Shown here in pieces: positions 47,676-59,654 of a stretch of DNA of 64,000 nt. How positions within the stretch are numbered: the first letter of the stretch is position 1; every line of letters begins with the position of its first letter. Source of the DNA: Squalus acanthias (Eukaryota). The stretch spans positions 123,878,001-123,942,000 of the forward strand of contig CM059431.1 in assembly GCA_030390025.1 (NCBI GenBank), read 5' to 3'. A program made the position numbers and the translations under genes. The notes under the pieces were generated by a model. The model worked only from the letters and a program-made list of their open reading frames with translations. It had not been told where the DNA came from and made no database searches.

Positions 47676-49903
47676 GGGAACGACACCTACCAGACAATCA
47701 CAGGGACCCAAGGGGGAGTGAGTGTGTGTTGGGGTAAGTGGTGGGAACCGGAACAGGGAGTCTATGTCTGTATGTGGGGATCAGAGAAAGCCTGCCCCAC
47801 AGGCATATCCATCATCTTCTCCATACAATGGCAAGATGCCGGGGAGGGGATGGGGTGGGATTCTAGCCTACATGCGTGCGCGCTCCCACACTCCCCGACC
47901 CCAGTCAACGCCCCCGAACTAGTAGCCCGCCCCCGAAAGCCCCTGCCCACGACCACGACCTCACGGACAGTAGAAGAGAGGTGTCCTACCACCACCAAGG
48001 GACCAGAAAATGGACTAGTACTAGTACCGACCGAAAAGGTACTCTACCAGGGGGTACACTATGCAGTAGCTTCAGTAATATTAAACCTTACCGAGGTACA
48101 CTTATCTAAATGGTGTCCTAAGGAGACAAAACAGCTATACCAGGCCCTGTTAAAGGAAATGTTTAGAAAATTCTATGAATTCGACTTTAACAACGTGGAC
48201 AAAGCAGAACTGTACAGATTACACCCAGAGCGCACCATGGGCACAGGGAGACAAAGAAGGGGGACCTGGAACGATATTTTCACAACCTATAATGCAGGAT
48301 CCTCAGTAATAAATAGCCAAGATGACATAGAGCTACAAACACAGATAAATGGTCTAAAAACCCAGTTGAGGAAGATCCTAATGGACGGGAACACAGTGGT
48401 AGGCTCAGAGCTACACGAGGACCAAGCTATGACGGTCCATCTAAAAGAGATTATTGCTGAGCTAGAGAGACATGCAAAAACAGTGAATGCACTCATACGA
48501 GAGGACAGGAGTAATTCGGATCAGGCTGCACAGAATGAGGTGTGTGTGCTATACGGGGCATGGTTGCTGGGCGAGGGCCGCAGCAACCTGGAGGATTTAA
48601 AACAAGGTTTAGTCCCCTCCTGGATTAGCAAAAAACACCTCGCAGCCCTCCACCCGTTCAGCAATTCACTGAGCCCGTGTCAGCTCCACCTAGCCTCTGA
48701 AGCCTACCCAGTCCCAGTAGATTGTGGACGTTCCAATCACTCTATCATGGGGATAGTAGTGAGGATGCCAGTCATGGGTGGGACAGCCCGACCCGCACCG
48801 GTATACAGGGTGGAGAACATTGGGATCATTCAAGGGGGTGCACACGTCCATTTCGCAGAGGTCCCACCTTATGTCATAAAGTGGGAGCACGCTATGACAG
48901 GTACTGACAGGTGCCGGAGCCGGGGTTCACACATAATACTGTGTCCCCAGCACTTGTACGCCTACTCCAGATCACAGTGCGGGTTTAAAGCTGCTGGCGC
49001 ACGACCCATCAACTGTACCATGGAGGTAATGGCACAAGGCCATGTTCCCCCACAGGTAGCATTCATAGGGGGTGGGACATATTGTGTCACCACAAGTGCG
49101 CCCCACTACCAGCATGGACAACATTTTTGGTGTCCGGTAAGTGACAGCAGTTTCTGCTTTAAACCCAAGGCAGAAGTTCAAGTGGCCTAGGAATGGATTG
49201 TCCCCATTCCTGAACCCTCAACTGTTCACCTCACTGTAAGGGAAAACATTACCAACCTGCAAAACGATGTCACCTTCTTTGGCTATAAGATTCCTCCTCT
49301 GCCTGAACACCTTACCGTCTTACTAAAAGCTGTGCAGCTTTCACCAAAGCATTTCTACACCCTAGAGCAAAAGACACTCGAGATAGGGGCTGAGATTTCG
49401 GCCATCACGGTTCCAACCTGGTGGGACATTTTTGAAAATATAGAGGTTCCTTCCTGGATTAGGATGGCCTCCCACATCTTAGTGGTTTGCCAGCTCGGGA
49501 TAGTCTTGTACTTACTGTGTACAAAGTGCAAGGGGAAGGACAGAATGCTCCATTCCCGGCCTGAGAAAGCCTGGGAAAAACATTACAATAATGTTTACCA
49601 AGTGTAAAACAAGCCTGAATCGATTCTAAAAATAAAGAAGTTTTGTGATTGTGTGTTATTTACTTTCCATGTATGTATTTTGTTTTTTTCCAAGTGGTGC
49701 AGGGGTGTTGGATCCCTCCGTGCTTGGATGTATATGTATTATTGATTCTTACCTGTATGTATTGGAACACTACACTAAAAAAAGGGGAATGTATGTTTTT
49801 GGGTTTTAGTTCAGGTAATACAGGGGAAGGTTGGCTTTCGAGGATCAGGGATTTTGTCCACCCAGGATGATACTGTAGTGACTTAAAGTATCGCAGGAGG
49901 GAC

Positions 49904-51554
49904 TGGAAGGTTTCCAAAATTTGCAGCACCCCAACCTAAGGAAAAAGGACTTTGGAACTACCTCAGAGTGATAAAATTGCATTTGGGCCTAACCTAAGGA
50001 ATATAAGACCAAAAACCAAATTTTGGCATTTTAAAACTATATCTGGGCCTGTAAAGGGACAAGGAGGTGGGTTCGACCACTGTAAAAGCAGTTTTGGTTA
50101 TTGCAGTTAATTGCACTGTCTGGGGAACCGGGATGACCCTACTCAAGCCCCAGCAGACATTAACATTTGAACAATAGACCCTGGGAGAAGACAGTCCCAC
50201 CCAAAGACAGGCCCCATCAAAACCCGATTACAGGGCCCATCAGAAACATACATATTAAAACCCACTCAGGACCATTCTATAGAAAGACCGAGTCCGGCCT
50301 AGAAACCCAAAACACGAAACCAATCACCAGTGATCAGCCAAGGAGATCGACAGGATGCAAACCATCCCAAAACCCATTTGACACTTACAGAGCAGTTACT
50401 GGTAACAGGCCCGCCAAAATTCAGACAATGAACTGAACAGATTTGGCGGGTAGATGAGGCCATGTTCAATGGGTGAGATTGAAGGCCTGTTAAAAACCCA
50501 GTTAACGCGCTAGTAAGTCGTTACCGATTTACGAGCCCGCCAAAAACCAGACAATGAACTGAGTAGATTTGGCGGGTAGATAAGGCCACTTCAATTTAGT
50601 ATAATTGAAGGCCCATCAATCAGTTCAAGGCAGTTAGTCGCAACTGGTGGTCATCAGAAGAAGAAGAAACCAGGAAGAAGAAAACCCGAGCTGGAAGCGA
50701 GTCGGCATCGCTCACCACTCAGACACACCTGAGTCCAGCTCGTGAAGATACCACCTCGACGGACCTCCAACAACGGTCCCAACAAAGTCACCCGGAGCAA
50801 CAAACCAAGAAGACATCGACGGCTCCACAAGGTCGACCGACACATTAAACAAGGCCTAAAGCCATCGTGGAAACCAAAGGCCTCACGAAACCAACAACCA
50901 CGCATTACCCCCAACTGACCGGGTAATAGCAGGCCACCGCGACCAACAAAGACCAACTCCAGGGAAGAAAACCCGAAGAACTGGAAAGTTTCCACACTAC
51001 AAACTACTCCTGACTTACCCCTGGGTAAGATTTTCCCTAAAGACTCTAAGCCCTACTGCTCAACTAAAGAAATTGGGTACTCACCAGATAAATCCAAAAC
51101 AACATCCTACCGCATCAGCGGACTCGCGAAGACTGACCAGAGACTCAGGTGAAGTCCTCTACCGCGTATGGGGTACGGCAGACACTAACCGCCATAAACA
51201 GCGAACCCCAAAACCGCGATTTAGCCCAACTGTTAAAGGATTGGTGAGCATTATCCCTGGTCCTTCAAAACCTAACTTAGCTAGTAAAGTGGGGTTGGGA
51301 GGGGTGAAGTATTGTTCTACTGTCATTTCCCTCGCTTGTACTGAAGTGTTCCCCACCTTTAGAGTGTTAAGAGTGTTATTATTTGTGTCTTACCTTTTAA
51401 TAAAGATTGAAGTTCTTTCATCAAACTCAGTTGTCTGCTGCACCTTTTTATCACAACCCCCAAATAAGTCCAAGGTCTAGAACCAAGGAAGTGGGAGCGA
51501 TTCGAACCGCTCAAAAGTCAAAGGTAAAGCTGACACAAACCACCACCCCCTACA
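49904..51554 (+). repeat. Outer provirus 3' LTR (1651 bp)
   Basis: Preceded by purine tract aggaggga; ends ccccctaca followed by TSD gtgg. Confidence 0.95.
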
Positions 51555-51675
51555 GTGGCAGCTGAAATTTAACGCAGAAAAGTGCGAAGTGATACATTTT
51601 GACATGAAGAACGAGGAGAGGTAATATAAACTAAAGGGTACAATTCTAAATTGGGTGCATGAACAGAGAGACCTA

Positions 51676-52568
51676 GGGGTAGAAATTAGGTCGCGCCCCA
51701 TTTGGGGCGCAAATATCGTCCGGACGCAAATATTAGCGCCTGGCGCTAATTATCGGCACTGACGGGAAACTTCACTTTTACCGCCCCGGGAGGTGAGTGG
51801 AGCGCTAAAGCAGGCGCTGCACACCTCTCTTAAGGCGCAAAGGCCGAGCAGTGAGGCGCTAACTCGGAGCGCTGGCGAAGCTCATGTAATGTCAGTCAGC
51901 AATGGAACACACACACAATGGCACGGGCCAGTTCTTAAAGGGGATGGTTAATCTTGCTTTCCATCCACATCCTGTTCATTGCTGCCTTGAATCTCGGCCT
52001 GGAGAGACTTGCACATCAAATGTGCTGGAAAGAACAATGGAGAGCACCAGGCAAAGAGCTCAGAGTGCAGCTCCCACGGTCTCTGCTAAATCGATACAAG
52101 GAATGGCAAATCAAAATGAACCTGCAAAGTGCTGCTCAGTACCCAAAACTCCTTCACACAACGTTGAATCTCTCCAGAAGTCTCTCCCTCTCTCTCTCAG
52201 AATGCGTAGTTCAAAAATGCCACCAACAATAAAAGACAGGAAGAGGCCCCCTTTAAATAGCGCCCCCCCCAGCCCCACAGCGATTGATAGCGTTCCAGTC
52301 TTCTGGTCGTTGGAAGCGCCAGGCGGTAAGGCAGGGGGTGCCACTCAATTTCCGCTACGGGGCGCCCCAAGGGCGTTGCACCATGGAATGACGTCACAAT
52401 CTGCGCGCGCAGGTGGTCGCAGCGGTAAGTTTTAGCGCCGCCGCACAATCTCAAGTTAAGTTCTCGAGCGGCGCAAACATCGCTGCGCCCGGGCGTTAGC
52501 GGCTTTGCGCCCCATTAGCGCCCTCTTAAGGCGCTAACGGGTGGCGCAACCAAGTGAATTTTTACCCC
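51676..52568 (-). mobile_element. 893-bp Harbinger MITE, copy 1
   Basis: TIRs ggggtagaaatt / aatttttacccc; TSD cta; reverse orientation relative to copies 2 and 3. Confidence 0.9.
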
Positions 52569-52734
52569 CTAGGGTTATATGTGCACAATTCATTGAAGGT
52601 GGCAGGGCAGGTTGATCAAGCGGTTAAAAAAGCTTATGGGATCCTGAGCTTCATGAATAGCGGTATAGAGTACAAAAGCTTGGAAATTATGATGAACCTG
52701 TATAAAACACTGGTTCAGCCTAAACTGGAGTATT

Positions 52735-53627
52735 GGGGGAAAAATTCAGTTGGTTGCGCCTCCCGTTAGCGCCTTAAGAGGGCGCTAATTGGGCGCAAAG
52801 AGTCTAGCGCCTGGGCACGGCGATGTTTGCGCCGCTCACGAAATTAACTAGACATTTTGCGGCGGCGCTAAACACTACCGCCACGATCTCCTGCGCCCGC
52901 AGATCGTGACGTCAGTCGAGTGCGCAATGCCCCGGTATTGCCCCGGAGCGGATATTGAGTGGCGCCCCCTGCCTTACCGCCTGCTGCTAGCAACGACAGG
53001 TTGAGGGGAGCGTTTTGCAGTCAGGAAGGGACTGGGGGAGCGCTATTTAAAGGTGACCGCTTCCTGCCTTTTATTGTTGGTGACATTTTAGAACCACGCA
53101 TTCTGAGAGAAAGAGAGAGAGACTTCTGGAGAGATTCAACGCTGTGTGAAGGAGTTTTGGGTACTGAGCAGCACTTTGCAGGTTCATTTTGATTTTCCCT
53201 TCCTTGTAACGATTTAGAAGAGACTGTGGGGTCTGCACTCTGAGCTCTTTCCCTGGTACTCTTCATTGTTCTTTCCAGCAGATTTGATGTGCAGGTCTCT
53301 CCAGGCCGAGATTCAAGGCTACAATGAGCAGGATGTGGATGGAAAGCCAAATCAACCCTCCCCTTTAAGAACTGGCCCACGCCATTGTGTGTGTGTTCCA
53401 TTGCTGACTGACATCACATGAGCTTCCCCAGCGCTCTGAGGTAGCGCCTCGCCCCTTCACCTTTGCACCTTAAGACAGGTGTGAAGTGCCTGATTTAGCG
53501 CTCCAATCACCTCCAGGGGCGATAAAAGTCAAGTTTGCAGTCGGTGGCGATAATTAACGCCAGGCGCTAATCTTTGCGCCCGGACGATAATTGCGCCCGA
53601 AATGGGGCGATACTGAATTTCTCCCCC
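52735..53627 (+). mobile_element. 893-bp Harbinger MITE, copy 2
   Basis: TIRs gggggaaaaattcagt / actgaatttctccccc; TSD att. Confidence 0.92.
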
Positions 53628-55022
53628 ATTGTGTCGAATTCTGGTCACCGCACTTTAGGAAGGATGTGAAGGCCTTAGAGAGGGTGCAGAATAGATTTAC
53701 GAAATGATTCCAGGGATGAGGGACTTCAGTTACGTGGATAGACTGGAGAAGCTGGGGTTGTTCGTCTTAGAGCACAGAAGATTGATAGGAGACTTGATAG
53801 AGGTGTTCAAAATCATGAGGACTCTGGACAGAGTAGATAGAGAGAAACTGTTCCCATTGGCAGAAGTGTCGAGAACCAGAGGACACAGATTTAAGGTGAT
53901 TGGCAGAAGAACCAAAGGTGATATGAGGAAAAACTTTTTTACGCAGCGAGTGGTTAGGATCTGGAATGCACTGCCTGAAAGGGTGGTGGAGGCAGACTCA
54001 ATCGTGGCTTTCAAAAGGGAGTGGATAAGTACCTGAAGGAAAAAAATTTGCCGGGCTACGGGGAAAGGACAGGGGTGCAGAGAGCCGGCACGGGCTCGCC
54101 GGCCGAATGGCCTTATTCCGTGCTGTATCCATTCTATGATTCTATGACAGCCATCAGTTTCAACCTAAAAATTTCCGAAATGGATGTTGGAGATCATAGT
54201 GGAAGTTTACTATCTCTCCTTCATCAACTCAGTTTAATTCATATTTTCCCTGTAAATGTTTTTTTCAATATATATAATGGGGCACTACTTTAAACTTTAT
54301 GTCCAGTGACGTTTTTACAATAGTACAAATTATGCTTAGTTTGTTGGAATGAATGCGCTTAATGTGCTTTAAGCGTCCCTAACGTACTAATGTTCTAACC
54401 TGAAAATTCTTCTCCATCTGCAGCAGCAAAACTGCATTCACCAAGGAGAAATAAAATCTCTAAGAAATTGTTCTTCATCAACTGTTTATTGCAAAGCTAG
54501 GTCTGGAGCTGCCATCCTTTGTTTATTCATTGGTCTGGATACCTAATAAGCTAGCAAAATCAATACCAGAACAAGCCAAAAATAAAGATAAAGCCAGTAG
54601 CCATTCTGGACTACAACAAATGCAAAAGAAGAGTCAATCATCTGGATCAGTAGTCAGAATATAATGGATTCAAAGGTGAAAGCCTGAAGAGGTTGAAATT
54701 AATATTATTCCAACTTGGTGATTTGGAACTTCGCAATACGATACTCATACCACTACTGCAACAGAACATGTTATGAAGAAAAACCATTAATATTTCAGAG
54801 AGGTGATTATAAAAGGATCTCTTTTCACAGCAATTTGTGTGGTTTTCTTTCCAGTTCACAACTAGAGGAAGTCCTGCATAATCCATTTATTTTGTCTAAT
54901 GTAATAATGCCAACCAGTCAAAGCAGGAGTAATACATTTGAAGAAATATTCCCCTATAAACAAGCTGATTGTGAATACCAGTTTTGGGAAAGGACTATGT
55001 ACACCTGAGATTAGCTATCCAT

Positions 55023-55315
55023 AGTGGTTAGCACTGTTGCCTCACAGCGCCAGGGACCCGGGTTCGAATCCGGCCCCGGGTGACTGTCTGTGTGGAGTTT
55101 GCACATTCTCCCCGTGTCTGCGTAGGTTTCCTCCGGGTGCTCCGGTTTCCTCCCACAGGCCAAAGATGTGCGGGTTAGGTTGATTTGGCTATGATAAATT
55201 GACCCTTAGTGTTAGGGGGACTAAATACGTGGGGTTACGGGGATAGGGTGGGCTTTGTGTCGGTGCAGGCTCGATGGGCCGAAATGGCCTCTATCTGCAC
55301 TGTGGGGATTCTGTG
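55023..55315 (+). mobile_element. HE1-like V-SINE
   Basis: tRNA head with B box ggttcgaatcc, V-domain tgtgtggagtttgcacattctccccgtgtctgcg...ggtttcctccgggtgctccggtttcctccca and CR1-like tail. Confidence 0.85.
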
Positions 55316-55917
55316 AATATCTGTGAATAGGGAAAGAAGTCCTCCATGCTATGTGTAGCTAAATCATATACCCATTTATAAGATCATATAAATAGAAAAT
55401 TCACCATGCCTTTTTGAGAATGATTTGCACAAGGAATATTGGATGGTAGAGGATAACAGGCCTGACGTAAAGTAACAACACTTTTCACATGAAAATGGAG
55501 TTTGGATTTTTTTGAAAAAAGCACAGAATATATACACTTATCCTGCAACTTCCAGTAGTTTTTGTTTCATTAGCATTCCATCAGAACTACTTCTGCCGAA
55601 TCAAAGCACATATTATTTACATAATGAGCCCAATTTCTATAAACTGTTGGAAAGCACAATTAATAACCTTCAAATGGTATATAGTTTGTTTGGTCCAAAT
55701 CAACAGAGCGGAGTCTTTTTTTTAAAATTCGTTTTTATGGGATGTGGGCGTTGCTGGCAAGGCCAGCATTTATTGCCCAACCCTAATTGCCTTTGAGAAG
55801 GTGGTGGTGAGCCGCCTTCTTGAACGCTGCAGTCCGTGTGGTGAAGGTATTCCCACAGTGCTGTTAGGAGGGAGTTCCAGGATTTTGACCCAGTCTACCA
55901 CCACAATACCTCATTAG

Positions 55918-56812
55918 AGGGGAAAAATTCAGTTGGTTGTGCCTCCCATTAGCGCCTTAAGAGGGTGCTAATGGGGCGCAAAGCAACTAGCGCCCGGGCG
56001 CGGCGATGTTTGCGCCGCTCCCGAAATTAACGAGACATTTTGCGGCAGCACTAAGCACTGCCGCCACGATCTCCTGCGCCGGCAGATCGTGACGTCAGTC
56101 GAGTGCGCAACGCCCCGGTAGCGCCCCGGAGCGGATATTGAGTGGCACCCCCTGCCTTACCACCTGCCGTTAGCAACGACAGGTTGAGGGGAGCGTTTTG
56201 CAGTCAGGAAGGGACTGGGGGAGCGCTATTTAAAGGCGACCGCTTCCTGCCTTTTATTGTTGGTGACATTTTTGAACCGCGCATTCTGAGAGAGAGAGAG
56301 AGAGAGAGTTCTGGAGAGATTCAATGCTGTGTGAAGGAGTTTTGGGTACTGAGCAGCACTTTGCAGGTTCATTTTGATTTTCCCTTCCTTGTATCAATTT
56401 AGAAGAGACTGTGGGGGCTGCACTCTGAGCTCTTTCCCTGGTACTCTCCATTGTTCTTTCCAGCAGATTTGATGTACAGGTCTCTCCAGACCGAGATTCC
56501 AGGCTGCAATGAGCAGGATGTGGATGGAAAGCTAGATCAACCCTCCCCTTTAAGAACTGGCCGGCGCCATTGTGTGTGTGTTCCATTGCTGACTGACATC
56601 ACATGAGCTTCGCCAGCGCTCTGAGGTAGCACCTCGCTCCTCGGCCTTTGCGCCTTAAGACAGTTGTGAAGCGCCTGATTTAGCGCTCCAATCACCTCCA
56701 GGGGCGATAAAAGTCAAGCTTGCAGGCGGAGGCGATAATTAGCGCCAGGCGCTAATTTTTGTGCACAACCGATAATTGCGCCCCAAATGGGGCGATAATG
56801 AATTTCTCCCCC
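55918..56812 (+). mobile_element. 895-bp Harbinger MITE, copy 3
   Basis: Highly similar to 52735-53627; TSD tag. Confidence 0.92.
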
Positions 56813-58314
56813 TAGGTCTCTTCAATAGGACAAAACACATTTTTCAAACTGTACTATAACGCTTCATAATTTTCAAAACAATGATCTGTTGTTGCTTTTA
56901 ATATATATAAAACTATGCATACAACTTGTTGCATATTCAGCAAACCTTTCCCCAGCTCATGGTGCTAATATTTTTTTAAGTTGTTTGTACATTACAGGTG
57001 CTCAGTTTTCTATGCAGTTTCATATGCTAGACCGTTAATGGTTAAATAGTGGTGAATGTGATCACATAGACAAAGTATGTTGTTAATATATAAGAAAATA
57101 TGAAATTGGAAAAGGTCATTTAGTCCATTTATTTCAGTCCTTCTAACTGACTCTATAATCTTGTACAGTAGCACGTGTTGAGAGTATGCATAAGGTAGAA
57201 AGATAAGTCTTGGAGAATTACATTTCATACTGCCTGACATTTGTCAAATCTATGTTATGAGCTATTGTCCTATCCAACTAAAGGAACAGTTGAAAAACAG
57301 ACTTTTTTTTACTTGAAGAGGGAAAATTCAGAAATACTGTTCATTTTTGTTACAATAACGTCACGTGTAAGTGATGTAATGAAGCAATTCAACATGATTT
57401 ACATCCCTGGATCATTTTCCCATGAACAAATGACAAAAAGGTTTTCCAAAAATGGTGTCCTAATAATTTTTTCCCATGGTTCAACTAAATGATTAATGAC
57501 CAATCCCTGCTTGATTATCCACTGCCCAAACCATTGTTTCTCACCCAGCAGCCCATCTTCAACAACTACACAAGATGATCCGCCTCAATCTATCACTACA
57601 CCACCCTCCTCCCCCATGCATCATTCAAACTTTCTATTTTAATAGCCAATTAGTATAATTATCTTCCCAGTTTACATCTTGAGGAGACCTTGATCTATTC
57701 AGCTCCCCATAAATATTACTCAGACAGGAGGTCAAAAATTAATTTTGCGTGAAGCGCTTGAGATGTCCTGAGAGACGTGATAAGCTGTTATATATATTTA
57801 GCATACATGTTTCCACATTAAGGGGAAGAAATTCGGCATGTTAGCGCCTCCCGACAGCGCCTCGGGGGAGCACTAATGGGATGCTAATGGGCTTGCGGCA
57901 GGGCGCAGCGAATCCAACAACACACACGACATTCATCCGGGATTTAGTGCTGCCGATAACATTTCGCACCTATGCTTTAGCGGCTGCCAGATCATGACGT
58001 TGACGCGTGTGGAACGCCCCATTAACGACCCAGATGTAAAATTGACTGCTGCCCCCTGCCTTAGCATCTGGCGTGAACAACGGCAGGAAGAGGAGGCGTG
58101 ATGCAGTCAGATGGCCACTGAAGGAGCGGTATTTAAAGGCATCAACATCCGGTTTGATTTTAGTCGCCACTCAGTACTCAGTTCTCAGTTTGACATAGGG
58201 AAACAGCCGTTTTCAGGGAGGTAAACGTTTATTACTATCAAGAGTGCTCTGTCTGCTAAAAATTTGTCAGTTTCATTGTGCTGAGATTTCGAACTCCTAC
58301 ACTTAGATACGTTA

Positions 58315-59489
58315 ATGGGGGCTATACTGGCACTTGACCTCGCCCTTCAGCATCAACGTCGGACGCAGCGGAGGCAGAGACAAAGATTGGAAAATGTGGC
58401 CAGAGGGAGGAGGGCTAACAGGGCTGTCAACACTCGGCCTTACCGTCCCAGGGTATTCTGGGAGCACTTCGCCTACATAAATTTAACTGAGGAGCAGTGT
58501 CTTAGAAGGCTCTGCTTCAACAAGGAGGTGGTCACAGAGCTCTGCCACCTCCTGCAGCCAGACCTCAAGCCTCAGATCAGGATCACCACGGCTCTCTCAG
58601 TGGCAGTCAAGGTCACCATCGCCATCAATTTCTACGCCAGCAGATCCTTCCAATCTGTAGCAGGAGACCTATCTAACATTTTGCAGTTCACCGTCCATTG
58701 CTGCATCCGGGACGTCACAGAGGTTCTCTACAGAAGGAGAAGAGACTATGTTTCCTTCCCCATGAACAAAGAGAAGCAGGACGAGTGTGCATGTGGCTCT
58801 GCCAGGATAGCGGGCTTCCCCATGGTGCAGGGCGCCATTGACTGCACCCACGTGGCTTAGCGGGCACCCTGCAACAATCCTGAGGTATTCCGTAACCGCA
58901 AAGGTTACCACTCACTTAATGTGTAGTTGGTGTGCGACCATACACAACAAATCCTCACTGTCAATGCCCGCTATCCTGGCAGCAGCCACGATGCCTTCAT
59001 CCTGCGCCAGACCGGTGTTCCAGCACTCTTCCAGCCACCACATCAGCTCACGGCTAGCTGGTCGGAGACAAGGGCTTTCCGCTCTCCACCTGGCTCATGA
59101 CTCCCCTCCGCAACCTCAACACTGCTGCTCAGCACTCATACAATGAGAGCCATGCCACCACCAGGAACATCATCAAGCAGACCATCGGGGTGCTCAAGCA
59201 ATGCCTCCACTGCCTTGACTGCTCGGGAGGAGCCCTCCAGTACTCGGCTGAGCGGGTGTCCCTTTCCGTCGTGGTGTGCTGCATGCTGCACAACTTAGCC
59301 ATCATGAGGGCTGAGCCTTCTCCACCAGGCATAGCGGGACCACCTCAGGAGGAGGAAGTGGGAGAGGAGGAGGACAAGGACAAGGATGAGGACGAGAAGG
59401 AGGAACAGCAGCGAGGGAGGAGGCAGCCACACAATTGGCCTTCTGGAAGGGCAGTCCGTGATCGCCTGATCAGACTGCGGTTCCAATAA
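58315..59489 (+). pseudogene. Harbinger transposase (stops at 58858 and ~58924, frameshift at ~59045)
   Basis: GFPMVQGAIDCTHVA, FRNRKGYHSLNV, YPGSSHDAFIL, GDKG..L.TWLMTP, CCMLHN. Confidence 0.92.
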
Positions 59490-59654
59490 ATTCTACCCCA
59501 AATCCTGGTTGCTGACCACATCCTCATCATTCCATCCATTTCACTTGCCATATCACAGCGCAAAGCTGAAATGAGAGCCACCACAAAATCAGCAACATTC
59601 TATTAATAAATTTATCAACATTCAGTAAACACATATATACAACAACAATATTAA

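Larger units (their letters stand above)
39428..49607 (+). pseudogene. env: Outer env, split by the inner provirus (39428-39832 + 47676-49607), one premature TAG at 49188
   Basis: Splice acceptor gtgtgtccctacag at 39414; signal peptide MTRVLLLLALVGVSIS; furin site RQRR; heptad repeat; Cys-rich region; TM ILVVCQLGIVLYLLC; the halves join in frame. Confidence 0.9.
31532..51554 (+). mobile_element. Decayed endogenous retrovirus with long LTRs and F-like env (lokiretrovirus-like); outer provirus
   Basis: LTRs 31532-33181 and 49904-51554 (TG...CA); 4-bp TSD gtgg; PBS, PPT and gag-pro-RT-tether-RH-IN-env order. The structure is certain; the clade label is inferred. Confidence 0.93.
27686..54147 (+). 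mobile_element. CR1 LINE ORF2 broken into five collinear pieces (27686-28435, 30812-31531, 51555-51675, 52572-52734, 53631-54147)
   Basis: Endonuclease IMGDFNFPNIDW...LLDL, RT NYRPVSLT / YMDFQKAF / GVPQG.VLGP.LF.IYINDL; EWANTW|QLKFNAEKC is rejoined across the provirus; tail attctatgattctatg. Confidence 0.85.

Noticed and set aside
31532..51554. Foamy (spuma) virus identity suggested by long LTRs, 4-bp TSD and NGFW motif
   Set aside because: Gag has a CCHC knuckle, the PBS is not tRNA-Lys, and there are no accessory ORFs between env and the 3' LTR
51902..56586. Repeated ORFs MEHTHNG... and MAPPALPP...
   Set aside because: They recur only because the MITE is repeated; lengths and frames differ between copies and no domain is recognisable
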